Source of the DNA: Somniosus microcephalus
Lineage: Eukaryota
DNA: 64,000 nt
Direction of reading: 5' to 3'
NCBI GenBank assembly: GCA_052327205.1
Contig: CM126205.1
Span: forward strand, 302,374,001 to 302,438,000
Shown piece after piece: positions 1 through 10,563 of this stretch; the first letter of the stretch is position 1, and every line of letters begins with the position of its first letter. The notes below the pieces were generated by a model. That model saw only the letters and a program-made list of their open reading frames with translations. It was not told where the DNA came from and made no database searches. The translations under genes and the position numbers were made by a program.

Positions 1-344
1 TAGCGCCAGAGAAGGGCCTGCGCCGATTCTAAGGCCTACAAGGCGCAGAGTGTGGATGCTGAAGCTGACTGACCCACCCCTTTAAGAGCTGGCCGGTGCC
101 TGGAAGTCTCGTGGTCATCGGTAATTGAGAGCACCTGCGCTGCACCCGTCCGCTCCGATATTGGGGTGCGCCGGAAGTTTAGCGCCTTAGGAGTCCCGTG
201 TAACGCCTGAATTCGCGCCTCAATCACCTTTAGGGGCGATGCAACCCAATATCGTGCCAGGTGGCGATAAGTTGCATCTGGCTATAAACTTTGCGCTGCG
301 CCAATTCTAATGCCCCAAGCGGGGCTATACCCAATTTCTAGGCC
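1..344. mobile_element. Right (Myb-promoter) end of a Harbinger DNA transposon, truncated by the window edge
   Basis: Ends ...CCAATTTCTAGGCC, the reverse complement of GGCCTAGAAATT, the terminus of the 41882-46354 element. Contains CCCCTTTAAGAGCTGGCCGG and TTAGCGCC motifs also found at 37794-38062 and 46086-46354. Confidence 0.8.
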
Positions 345-539
345 TATGACTCTATATGACTTTCACCAACTGTGGCAGAGCCTTCAGCCATCATGACCCT
401 GTAGTCTGGATTTGCCTTCCTAAAATGAAATTGCTCGCAGTCTTCAAGAACTTCCTCATGATCTACCTCTTCAACCATTCCTTCAAGCACCTCTCTAACT
501 CATCTAACTTCTACTCAGTGGAGTGACAGTTTTTATGTA

Positions 540-850
540 GGCAAATGTGACATTTATTTTGCACCAGAATCCCACAAACAGCAATGAGCTGATTCACCAG
601 ATAGGTTGAGGGAGGAATGTTGGCCCAGGCACTGGAGAAACTGCCTGCTCTTCTTTCAATCGTATCATGTGATCTTTACTATCCACTTGAACTACCAGAA
701 CAGGCAGACATGAACCTTATTAATGTAATATTTGTCCAGTGATGTAGGACTCCCTCAATACTAAACTGGTGTGTCAGTCTGGATTATGAGCTCAAGCCCT
801 ATTTTTGGGTTCAAACCAGTGCCACTAATTGAACTAAAACTGACAACTAA
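540..850 (-). mobile_element. Decayed DeuSINE/SacSINE1-like SINE
   Basis: Reverse-complement similarity to the better-preserved SINE at 51688-52147 (ctccctcaatact...gtgtcagtctggattatgagctcaag). Confidence 0.55.
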
Positions 851-939
851 TTGCTAAATAAAAATGTTTTGGGTCTTCCATATAAAGTTTAAATATGATT
901 AAAAAGATCATGGATTTCATGCATTTGGATTAATGGGTC

Positions 940-1073
940 AGTGGAATTTCCTTGGACCTGCTCCACTCTGCCACCGTAGCTTTACCGGAAGTGCGGAAGA
1001 AACCCATTTACACTGCACTTCCGGTTAAGTTACGGCGAAGTGGAGCGGGAGCAGCTCCTGGGAAATCCCGGCC
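940..1073. mobile_element. Palindromic MITE-like foldback element
   Basis: Imperfect inverted arms: GGAATTTCC...GGGAAATCCC, CTCCACT...AGTGGAG and ACCGGAAGTGCGG...CTGCACTTCCGGT. Confidence 0.55.
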
Positions 1074-3264
1074 AATGTGTCTTCATGAGTTTGGGTTAAA
1101 AGGGCACCATCTTCATGAGAAAGTGTTCGGCAAACTCTTCCTTAGATTTAGAAACAAACACCAATATGATAGAAATTATGTTGTAGCATACCATCACATC
1201 CCTTGCTTGTGACCTTACCATCACAAAAATCATGTGTAGCTCTTCTCTCTGTCTTAACAAGAAAAGATTTGCCAACAAATTTTCTTTTCAAGGCAGTGGC
1301 TCTTCAAATAATCAATTTTGCAGCATGCACTTCAGTTTCAATAGTTATGCTTAAAACAAATGGAAGCTATCTAAGCCTTCAAACGCTCAAGCATCGCATG
1401 TTTCGCCCCATGCATGGGTCTTGGCTGCAGTAGCAGTTATCCTCTGTGGACAATTTTTTCTAGAAACACAGTGTCATCAGCAAGACAATTCTATGAGAAT
1501 GGAAGCTTTAGCTTCACTAACCCCTTCCATGTTTATTACCCTAATCTAGGTTCATTCAAAACTTGGCAAGTTGAAGAAAATCAAACTTGGAGCTTATCCA
1601 TAGTTCAACCCTCCCTCCCACCCACACACTTGGATCGTCCAGGAGCAGAGACTTTCAATCTTACGTTACCAATTTGTCCTCTCCCTCCAGCTGCTAAAAC
1701 ATGTGCCCCATTTCCCAGAGTTTCTGCCTTGTCCAGAAATCAACATTCCTGGTCTTGGCAACTGTGTTGGATATTCCACCAAAAAATGGTTGAAGCTGGT
1801 ATTTGCTGCCAGCTGTTGAACGATTGGCAGGTGACCACTTTGGGAATGGTGGATCGTAAAGTTCGGATAGTAATGGATTTCAAATGATTTTTTTTCATGC
1901 CGCTGCACACGATCTTGCCTGGCAGAACAAAGATTATATGGGACTGCTGTTCTGACAGAATGTTTTGTTGGGGGGTGGGGGGGTGGGGGCGGGGGGTGCT
2001 TTGCAGCCTCTCTGTAAGTCACAAAGGCATAAGAACACTTTGAGGCTCCAGGTTTATTTCGAAGAGCTGCAGGAAGTTGCAAAAGTTTTTCTTTTGTGTT
2101 GTTGAAAATTGCCCGTTCGATCTGTGTATGATTCCCAGCGTTCCGGAAAATAAATAACATTGGAAAGCAGCTCAGTTTATAGTAGGGTTTACAGCTGAAA
2201 TCCACCCACTAGCTCCCTTGCTGGGGATTATAAGGCTGCGTCTGCTGCCAAGTTCTGCTATTAGGTAAACTACGAGAAAATCTGCCATTTTAAAGCCACA
2301 AAAGGATTCTAAAGCTGGAACACTGCATGTATGTATGTCGATACAGAAGTTTCAGTTTTACAGTGCAGCTGTCCACCCTGCACATACAGTTTGGATTAAC
2401 CCTTCAGCAACAATACCAACCGTTGTTATTGCTAAATCTTAAATTGTCCAAAGGTTTCAACATGTTTATGTTCCTGCTCTCTCTCCTGGTTGAATGATAG
2501 GGAAAGCCAAGAGGTCTTGTGAAGAGAAAGTATACGTGTGATGTGTGCGTGGTGGGGGGGGGGGGCGGGGGGCAGGTGAGGTGGGAAAAGGGACGGAGGG
2601 ATTCACTGCAGTATGTTTCAGGGCAGCAAAAACCTTCCTGAAAGATTTTGTTATTTTCAGTTTGGTGACTTATGAAGAGATGTAGAATCGCCTTGGAATG
2701 TAATAATGTGAGTTTGAGAAACCACTTCCGAGATCTCAGCTTCTGAGATCGCAGCGCAGTTGCTTTAATGTGCTGAAGTTCTAAGATTTCCACAGTGGCT
2801 GTCTATTTTTAAACTTTATCTGAACTTGTTTGTATAAATTGCAATACATGGATTTTAGTTTGATCTAAGCGGTTACCAGCATCATGCTGTCACCCTACCT
2901 TCCCTGCAGAGACAACCTTGTGCCCCGAACTCCGGCAGGTTAAATTGCAGCATCTGACTGCTTGTGCTCTACACTTTGGGCTACATCAGCAGAAAAGGCA
3001 GAGCCTAAGTAAATATTCAGAATTGCTATCCTTGCAGTACTTAAGTGTCTTGTTATGTTTTTACAATGTGCTTAAATAATATGTACACAGGGACGCAGCT
3101 TGCGGGCGTATGGGAGCGATTTGGCCCTTGCAGCAAGGGCCAGGTGAGCCTGTTGCTAGGTTATTAATCCCTTAATTTTTCTCTCCATGTAAACGCCCCA
3201 ACCCATATTCACGGCCACCCCCTTGATCTTGCCATCTCTTATGGCCTCGCTACTCCCATCGTGT

Positions 3265-3564
3265 CAATCGCAGATAAGGCCATCTCTGACCACTTCCTCG
3301 TATCGCTCTCCACCCACATCCCCCTTCCAACCCCACCCCACCCCCATACCCCCTCAACCCTACTTTCTTCTGTGTCCGCCCCTGGGAAAAACTCTCTCCC
3401 AGCTCTCTTAAAATGCACTTATGAAATCCCAAATGTCCAGCCTTTGGCCTTCCATTCACCATGACATTTCTGCAGCTACGGATCTGCTCAACCATACCCT
3501 CACCAAATTCTTTGATGCACTAGTCCCTATTAAAACAATTATTCTCTCTCAACCTGGCCGCTTC
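3265..3564 (+). mobile_element. L2-clade LINE, 5' part (end of endonuclease domain), split by the Gypsy insertion
   Basis: Translates to ISDHFLVSLS, the APE endonuclease SDH motif. The sequence continues directly after the Gypsy at 8897. Confidence 0.75.
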
Positions 3565-3755
3565 TGTAATGTATATACCTTTAAGGGGGGAACTATCTTT
3601 TACAGCTCATGTATACTGCAGTACCAGCAGTGACCACACCTGTATATAGCACTGAGTAATAATCTGTACAGATCAGTTCCTGTGTCAGCCACGTTGAGTA
3701 AACACCTGTGTACCGTTCTCCTGCAGTCTGTGTCTTATTATACACAGACACAACA
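3565..3755 (+). repeat. 5' LTR
   Basis: TGTAATG...ACAACA. Matches 8706-8896 with about 7 substitutions counted by eye. Confidence 0.95.
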
Positions 3756-3756
3756 T

Positions 3757-3767
3757 TGGCGACGAGG
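3757..3767 (+). promoter_or_regulatory. Primer-binding site, tRNA-Ser(GCU) type
   Basis: TGGCGACGAGG immediately after the LTR is complementary to the 3' end ...CCUCGUCGCCA of vertebrate tRNA-Ser(GCU). Confidence 0.8.
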
Positions 3768-4338
3768 CAAGTTCGAACCTACCTGCAACCTCCTGAGGAT
3801 TCGTTCCTGGAGTTCAGTGGATTGGAGGTCAAGGCCAGAGACTCAGGCGTCGACCACGGGCAACCGCCCAGTCATCCAGCAGAGACTCGAGAATTGCGGG
3901 GGAGGCTGTCGAGAGCCAGGCTTGGCTTTCCAATCGAGGTGGTCCAGCGAAACGGGCTGGCAACAGGTAGCGCGCAGACCCTTCCCGGACAGCGGCGGGT
4001 TAGAGCCCGACCGAGCGGCACAGCAAAGAGCTGAGCAGCGTCGACAGGGGAGAGAGAGAGAGGGCAGAGCGCACAGGGCGCAGCCGGTGTTCAGGGGCCG
4101 AGCAGCGTCGAAGAGAGGGAGAGAGAGATGCACAGAAACCCACGAGGCACTGCCATTGCCACGAGGACCGCCGAGAGCGGCGTTGGCAGCAGCGCAGGAG
4201 AAGCGCGCAAAACCTACAGGGCGCCGCCATTGCCACGAGAACCGCCGGGAGCGGCATTGGCAGCAGCGGGGGAGGAAGGAAAGCACGGGAGACGCCATAT
4301 TAAGCCATTGGGAGACGCCATTTGAAACCACACCCAAA

Positions 4339-5520
4339 ATGCCGAAGAGTGGCAGTATCACCGCGTTTGACAATGAAGTCGAAGATTGGACTACATATGT
4401 CGAACGAATAGAGGTATACTGCAAGGCAAATAAGGTGTCAGATGACAAGAAAGTGTTGGTATTGTTAAATTTAATGGGTGCAAAGACGTATGGTTTATTA
4501 CGAAATCTAGTAACCCCAACAAAGCCAATGGAAAAGAGTTTTGAAGACATAGTAACGATACTACAGGAACATTTAAACCCCACACCGCTGCTGATAGCAG
4601 AAAGATTCCAGTTTCACAAACGGAACCAGCATAAGGATGAAAGCAATGCTGATTATTTAACAGAACTGCGCAAACTATCGAAACACTGCCAGTTTGGAGC
4701 GGGACTGGTAGATACCTTAAGGGACAAGTTTGTGTGTGGGCTTCAAAGTGAAGGAACCCAGAAACGGCTTTTATCTGAAAAGGACCTTACGCTGGAAAAG
4801 GATTTCAGCATTGCGGTATCATATGAAGCAGCAGCACGGGGTGCTGCAGAGATACAACAGAGACCGCAAGAATATGGCACAAACAAAATGTCATATGGAA
4901 CAGAGAAGTGCTATCGCTGCGGCAGAACAACACACGACCAGAATGATTGCTGGTTCAAAGACAAAGTGTGCAGACAGTGTGGAAAAGTAGGACACATAGC
5001 ACGAGTCTGCAGGTCGGGAAAGAAAACCAGCAATAAGAAACCTACCAAAGAAAAGTACAAGAAGGTACATAAGATGATGGAGAATAGTTCAGACAAACAA
5101 AAGAGTGATAATGACTCCGAAAGCAGGGAACTGAGTTGTCTGAAACTACATAATGTGATCACAACGGAGGATCACCGAACCATTTGGGTCACTCTCAAGA
5201 TAGCAGGAGTCCAGGTAAAGATGGAATTGGACACAGGATCAGCCCTAACAGTCATAAACTGATGGGACTATGAGCGGCTATTCTCACACATACCCTTGAG
5301 AGACACAAAAAATATTTTGAAGATGTACACGGGGCAAAAAGTCTACCCCAAAGGAAAAATAAGGGTGACCGTTATATATAACGGTAAGGAAACACCAAAA
5401 CTAGACCTGTATGTATTGCAAGATGGAGGACCACCATTACTGGGACGTGAATGTATCCGGAAAATACAACTGGATTGGCATTCCATACAGGCACTGACTG
5501 TGGCTGACGACGTCACACCT
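4339..5520 (+). pseudogene. gag: Gypsy gag and protease, with one in-frame TGA at 5260-5262 and then interrupted by a SINE
   Basis: Starts MPKSGSITAFD. Has two CCHC knuckles (CYRCGRTTHDQNDC, CRQCGKVGHIARVC) and the protease motif LDTGS. The same frame resumes after the stop (WDYERLFSHIPLRDTK...). Confidence 0.9.
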
Positions 5521-5833
5521 CACAGAATCACAGAATCTACAGTGCAGATAGAGGCCATTTCGGCCCATCGAGCCTGCACCGACACATATCCCACCCTATC
5601 CCCGTAACCCCACGTATTTAATCCCCTAACACTAAAGGTCAATTTATCATAGCCAAATCAACCTAACCTGCACATCTTTGGACTGTGGGAGGAAGCCGGA
5701 GCACCCGGAGGAAACCCACGCAGACACAGGGAGAATGTGCAAACTCCACACAGACAGTCGCCCGAGGCCAGATTTGAACCCGGGTCCCTGGCGCTGTGAG
5801 GCAACAGTGCTAACCACTATGCCACCGTGCCCC
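5521..5833 (-). mobile_element. tRNA-derived V-SINE (elasmobranch HE1-like) inserted in Gypsy pol
   Basis: The minus strand shows a tRNA head with A/B-box-like motifs, the V-domain (GTGTGGAGTTTGCACATTCTCCCTGTGTCTGCGTGGGTTTCCTCCGGGTGCTCCGG) and a CR1-type tail (ATTCTGTG)n. Confidence 0.9.
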
Positions 5834-5872
5834 CCTGGGTGACTGTCAAAGATCCTAACTGACGCGAAAGAA

Positions 5873-8596
5873 GTGTTCCAGCAAGGACTCGGAACACTAA
5901 AAGGCATGACAGCGACGATTAAAATTGAACAAAACGCAAGCCCAAAATTTTTTAAGGCCAGACTGGTACCTTATGCGATCCGCCCAGCCATCGAAGCAGA
6001 GTTGGAGAGTCTGGAACGTTCAGGTGCACTGTCCAAGGTAGACTGGAGCGAGTGGGCTACACCCATTGTTCCTGTGATGAAAAAGTCGTTGAGCAGCACG
6101 CCTGGGGAACCAAGGAAGGTTCGCATCTGTGGGGACTTTAAGGTAACAGTGAACCCGGTCCTTCAGACCGTACAATATCCACTTCCGCGGATTGAAGATA
6201 TTTTCACCTCGCTATCTGGAGGGAAACGCTTCACTAAGATTGATCTGGCCCAGGCGTATCTGCAAATGGAGGTTGAAGAAGCATCAAAAAAATACCTCAC
6301 AATCAACACCCATAAAGGTCTCTACCAATACAACTGGCTGGTATTCGGGGTAGCATCAGCTCCGGCTATTTGGCAGAGGGCAATGGAACAAGTCCTGCAA
6401 GGGATCCCAGGGACCCAGTGTTATTTGGACGACATCCTGGTCACGGGCGAAAATGACAGTGATCACCTTGCCAACCTGGAGCAGGTGCTCACTAGATTGC
6501 AGGAATATGGGCTCCGAGCTAACCGCCCCAAATGCGAGTTTTTTAGAAAACAGATCTCGTATTGTGGCCACGTTATCGATAAAGAGGGGTTACATAAGTC
6601 CCCAGAGAAGATTGAGGCAGTAGTCAAGGCTCCAGCACCGGAAAATTTGTCACAACTGAGGTCGTTCCTCGGGCTGGTAAACTACTACCATAAGTTCTTG
6701 CCAAATTTGTCTACAATACTACACCCACTGAACACCCTACTGCAAACTGGGGTGCCATGGAAGTGGAGTGACGAATGTAGACGAGCTTTCCAGAAGAGCA
6801 AAACACTAATCACATCGAAAGAGGTATTGGCCCATTACAACCCAGCATTACCAATTCGGTTGGCATGTGATGCGTCACCCTACGGCATTGGAGTGGTGCT
6901 GTCGCACAAATTCTCGGACGGCTCAGAGAGGCCAATAGCCTTTGCGTCACGATCACTAACCTCAGCCGAGCGTAACTACGCCCAGATTGACAGGGAGGCC
7001 CTCAGCCTAGTGTGGGGAGTGAAAAAGTTCAATCACTATCTGCACGGGCAGAAATTCACCTTGCTGACTGATCACCAGCCTCTTGTCTCCATTTTTAATC
7101 CAAAGAAGGGCGTTCCAGTGATGACTGCGCAACGACTACAAAGATGGTCACTTTTTCTAGGGGCGCACCACTATGAGATTGAATATAAAGGCACGAAACA
7201 GCATGGAAATGCTGATGGGCTATCACGCCTGCCACTGCCTACTGTGGAGGAAGCACCAGCAGTGGATCCTGTCGAAATATTCCATTCGACTATAGTTGAA
7301 TACCTACCGGTAACTAACGCTTGTATCGAAAAGGAAACCCGAAATGACCCGACAGTGTCTCGGGTATATGATTTGACGGTGAAGGGATGGCTAGCACATG
7401 GCGACTCACTGTTGCCAGCATTCTCGACAAGGAGAGAACAGCTGTCAGTGTGCCGGGGGACCTTGATGTGTGGATCCCGAGTGGTAATTCCACCCAAGTT
7501 AAGGGATAGAGTGCTCAATGAGCTTCATGAGGGTCATCTGGGAGGGGTAAAAATGAAATGCCTAGCCAGGGCTTATGTGTGGTGGTCGGGAATCGATCTA
7601 CAAATCGAGGACCTGACCAAGAGCTGCTCAGGATGCCAGAAAGTCCAAAATGCACCACCACAGGCCCCTCTACACCCATGGGAGTGGCCCTCATCTCCAT
7701 GGCAACGGGTGCATATTGATTTTGCTGGTCCATTCATGGACTCAATGTTTTTAATAGCCGTGGATGCGCATTCGAAATGGCCTGAGGTCATCAAAATATC
7801 CTCCACCACCACGGAGAAAACTATTGCAGTCCTACGGACCATTTTTGCCAGGAATGGCTTGCCAGAGCAGATTTGCTCCGACAACGGACCACAGTTTGTG
7901 TCCGAAGAGTTCCGGAGGTTCTTGAAAAAGAATGTGGTACGGCATTACACATCCGCCCCGTATCATCCAGCCACAAATGGATTGGCTGAGAGTTTCGTAC
8001 AAACCTTTAAAAAGGCAATAAAGGCTATGTACAATGACAACATTCCGCTGCAGCACAAGGTGGACAATTTCCTGTTCGCCTACCGGAATGCGACACATGC
8101 AGTCACCAACCAGGCCCCAGCCATGATGTTCTTTAACCGAAGGTTAAGATCTCGCCTGGATTTGCTCAGACCAAACGTACGAAGAGATGTTGAGAGTAAG
8201 CAATTCCAGCACATCCATGAGAAGCCAACAAGGAGCTTCAATGTAGGGCAACCAGTCTTGGTCCGCGACTACCGAACAGAAAAATGGCAGCCAGGAACGA
8301 TATGCACACGGCAGGGCCCACTAATGTACACAGTGGACGTTGGGGAGAGCATCGTGAGACGCCATGCTGACCAGATCCTAGAGTCACAGGAACAAGTCAA
8401 CCCCATGCCTCGCCCATACGTACCTGGTGATGAACCCGACGTACAGGTCGCATCTACCCCAGAAACAGTAGCATCGGAAGCTGATGAACCAACTGACGAC
8501 AGGGGGCCAGAATCGCCTCCGCACCAAGAGCAAGACACTCGGGAAAGGCGCTATCCAGAAAGGATCAGGAAGCCTCCCCAAAGACTGAATATATAA
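5873..8596 (+). CDS. pol: Gypsy pol: reverse transcriptase, RNase H and integrase (open, but cut off from gag by the SINE)
   Basis: 907-aa ORF with WATPIVPV, YLDD, CDASPYG, an HHCC zinc finger (HEGH...CSGC) and the integrase triad motifs DFAGP / SDNGPQF / NGLAE. Confidence 0.95.
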   Translation: MFQQGLGTLKGMTATIKIEQNASPKFFKARLVPYAIRPAIEAELESLERSGALSKVDWSEWATPIVPVMKKSLSSTPGEPRKVRICGDFKVTVNPVLQTVQYPLPRIEDIFTSLSGGKRFTKIDLAQAYLQMEVEEASKKYLTINTHKGLYQYNWLVFGVASAPAIWQRAMEQVLQGIPGTQCYLDDILVTGENDSDHLANLEQVLTRLQEYGLRANRPKCEFFRKQISYCGHVIDKEGLHKSPEKIEAVVKAPAPENLSQLRSFLGLVNYYHKFLPNLSTILHPLNTLLQTGVPWKWSDECRRAFQKSKTLITSKEVLAHYNPALPIRLACDASPYGIGVVLSHKFSDGSERPIAFASRSLTSAERNYAQIDREALSLVWGVKKFNHYLHGQKFTLLTDHQPLVSIFNPKKGVPVMTAQRLQRWSLFLGAHHYEIEYKGTKQHGNADGLSRLPLPTVEEAPAVDPVEIFHSTIVEYLPVTNACIEKETRNDPTVSRVYDLTVKGWLAHGDSLLPAFSTRREQLSVCRGTLMCGSRVVIPPKLRDRVLNELHEGHLGGVKMKCLARAYVWWSGIDLQIEDLTKSCSGCQKVQNAPPQAPLHPWEWPSSPWQRVHIDFAGPFMDSMFLIAVDAHSKWPEVIKISSTTTEKTIAVLRTIFARNGLPEQICSDNGPQFVSEEFRRFLKKNVVRHYTSAPYHPATNGLAESFVQTFKKAIKAMYNDNIPLQHKVDNFLFAYRNATHAVTNQAPAMMFFNRRLRSRLDLLRPNVRRDVESKQFQHIHEKPTRSFNVGQPVLVRDYRTEKWQPGTICTRQGPLMYTVDVGESIVRRHADQILESQEQVNPMPRPYVPGDEPDVQVASTPETVASEADEPTDDRGPESPPHQEQDTRERRYPERIRKPPQRLNI

Positions 8597-8691
8597 ATAG
8601 ACTATTTTCAGCTAATGTTGCATGTTAAAAGTGTTAATTGTAATTAGTTTGATATTTACTTGTTAAATGAGTGTTATGGTACTGTTAATCT

Positions 8692-8704
8692 AAAAGGGGA
8701 GGAA
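8692..8704 (+). promoter_or_regulatory. Polypurine tract
   Basis: AAAAGGGGAGGAA directly upstream of the 3' LTR. Confidence 0.85.
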
Positions 8705-8705
8705 T

Positions 8706-8896
8706 TGTAATGTATATACCTTTAAGGGGGGAACTATCTTTTACAGCTCATATATACTGCAGTACCGGCAGTGACCACACCTGTATATAGCACTGAGTAG
8801 TAATCTGTACAGATGAGTTCCCGTGTGAGCCACGTTGAGTAAACACCTGTGTACCGTTCTCCTGCAGTCTGTGTCTTATTATACACAGGCACAACA
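8706..8896 (+). repeat. 3' LTR
   Basis: Direct repeat of 3565-3755, followed by the TSD GCTTC. Confidence 0.95.
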
Positions 8897-10563
8897 GCTT
8901 CCCCTGGTACGGCCCTTATCTTCACTCCCTTAAGTCCAAGGGACGTAGACTTGAACGGATATGGCGGACAACTGGTTTAGCCATTCACTGCCAGACCTGG
9001 CTGGACCACAGAAAGCATTATCAAGTCCTGCTCTTGTCTGCCAAAATTGCTCACTATTCCAGAATCATTCTGGAATGCAAAGATAAACCCCAGCTTCTAT
9101 TCACCACTTCTAACCGTCTTCTTAAACCGCTCTCCCTTGTCTCCTCCACTCACACCTCCGACAAGTGCGAGGAGCTCATGGACTTCTTTGTCTCTAAGAT
9201 TGTTCCATCCATTCAGCTGACTCTACCACTTCCCTTCCTTCCCCGAGCCCACCGGGCCAAACTTCCTCTATGGTTCCCCTCTGCCCTAGCCCTGAACTCA
9301 CATCTTTCTCCAGTTTCTCTCCGATCTCCCCTCATGACCTCTCCGTGCTCATCTTGTCTATGAGACCCACTTTCTTGTCCCTCAGCCTTATTCCCACCAA
9401 ACTGCTGATCACGGGTCATCGACCTGAAACATTAACTCTGTTTCTCTCTCTACAGATGCTGCCTGACCTGCTGAGTATTTCCAGCATTTTCTGTTCTTAA
9501 CCCAACTTCCTTTTCTGGGCCCCATGTTAGCTGACATTGCTAATGGTGCTCTCTCCTCAGGTACTGTTCCACTCTCCCTCAAATCTGCCAACACCACCCC
9601 TCTCCTTAAAAATTTACCTTTGACCCCTCCGTCCTTGCAAACTACCGCTCCATCTCCAACCCCCCTTTCCTCTCCAAAATCCTTGAACGTGTTGTCGCCT
9701 CCCAAATCTGTGCCCATCTTTCCCGCAACTCCATGTTTGAATCCTTCCAATCAGGTTTTCGCCCTTGCCACAGCACCGAAATGGCTCTCATCAAAGTCAA
9801 AAATGACATCCTTTGTGACTGTGACAATGGTGAACTGTCCCTCCTCGTCCTTCTTGACTTGTCTGCAGCCTTTGACATGGTTGAGCACTCCATCCTCCTC
9901 CAACACCTCTCCACCATCGTCCAGCTGGGTGGGACTGCACTCGCCTGGTTCCATTCTTATCTATCTAATTGAAGCCAGAGAATCACCTGCAATGACTTCT
10001 GTTCCCGCTCCCGCATCATTACCTCTGGTGTCGCCAAGGATCTATTCTTGGCCCCCTCCTATTTTTCATCTCCTTGTTGACTGGCCTCCCACATTCTACC
10101 CTACGCAAACTTGAGGTGATCCAAAACTCGGCTGACGTGTCCTAACTTGCACCTAGTCCCGTTCACCCATCACCCCTGTGCTCGCTGACCTACATTGGCT
10201 CCCAGTTAAGCAACGCCTCGATTTCAAAATTCTCATCCTTGTTTTCAAATCCCTCCATAGCCTCGCCCCTCCCTATCTCTGTAATCTCCTCCAGCCCCAC
10301 ATCCCCTGAGATTCTGTCCTCTTGAGCAACCCTAAGCTCTGGAATTCCCTCCCTAAACCTCTCCACCTCTCTACCTCTCTTTCCTCCTTTAAGACACTCC
10401 TTAAAACCTACCTCTTTGACCAAGCTTTTGGTCACCTGCCCTAATTTCTCCTTATGTGGCTTGGTGTCAAATTTTTTGTCTTATAATACTTCTGTGCAGC
10501 GCCTTGGGACGTTTTACTACATTAAAAAGACGCTATATAAATACAAGTTGTTGTTGTTATTGT
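8897..10563 (+). mobile_element. L2-clade LINE, 3' part (degenerate RT and tail)
   Basis: Translates to PWYGP..LKSKGRRLERIWRTTG, FQSGFRPCHSTEMALIKV..LLDLSAAFD and LHWLPVKQR. Ends TATATAAATACAAG(TTG)n. Frameshifted and internally deleted. Confidence 0.9.
9413..9499 (+). mobile_element. Short insertion resembling a Penelope-like element terminal fragment
   Basis: GGGTCATCGACCTGAAAC-ATTAACTCTG...GATGCTGCCTGACCTGCTGAGTATTTCCAGC interrupts the L2 frame PTKLLIT|QLP. The GGTC-ATC-GACC hairpin plus TGAAAC resembles hammerhead stem II and the GAAA core. Confidence 0.6.

Larger units (their letters stand above)
3565..8896 (+). mobile_element. Full-length Ty3/Gypsy (Mag-like) LTR retrotransposon
   Basis: Two 191-bp TG...CA LTRs, a 5-bp TSD GCTTC (3560-3564 and 8897-8901), a PBS, a PPT, and gag-PR-RT-RH-IN domain order. 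Confidence 0.97.

Noticed and set aside
1414-2205. 157-aa and 179-aa ORFs as host genes
   Set aside because: No domain similarity, low-complexity G/C runs and no supporting exon chain.
3843-4583. 246-aa antisense ORF in the Gypsy, and the many overlapping ORFs within the GC-rich Harbinger genes
   Set aside because: These are shadow frames of real coding or GC-rich sequence with no recognisable domains.
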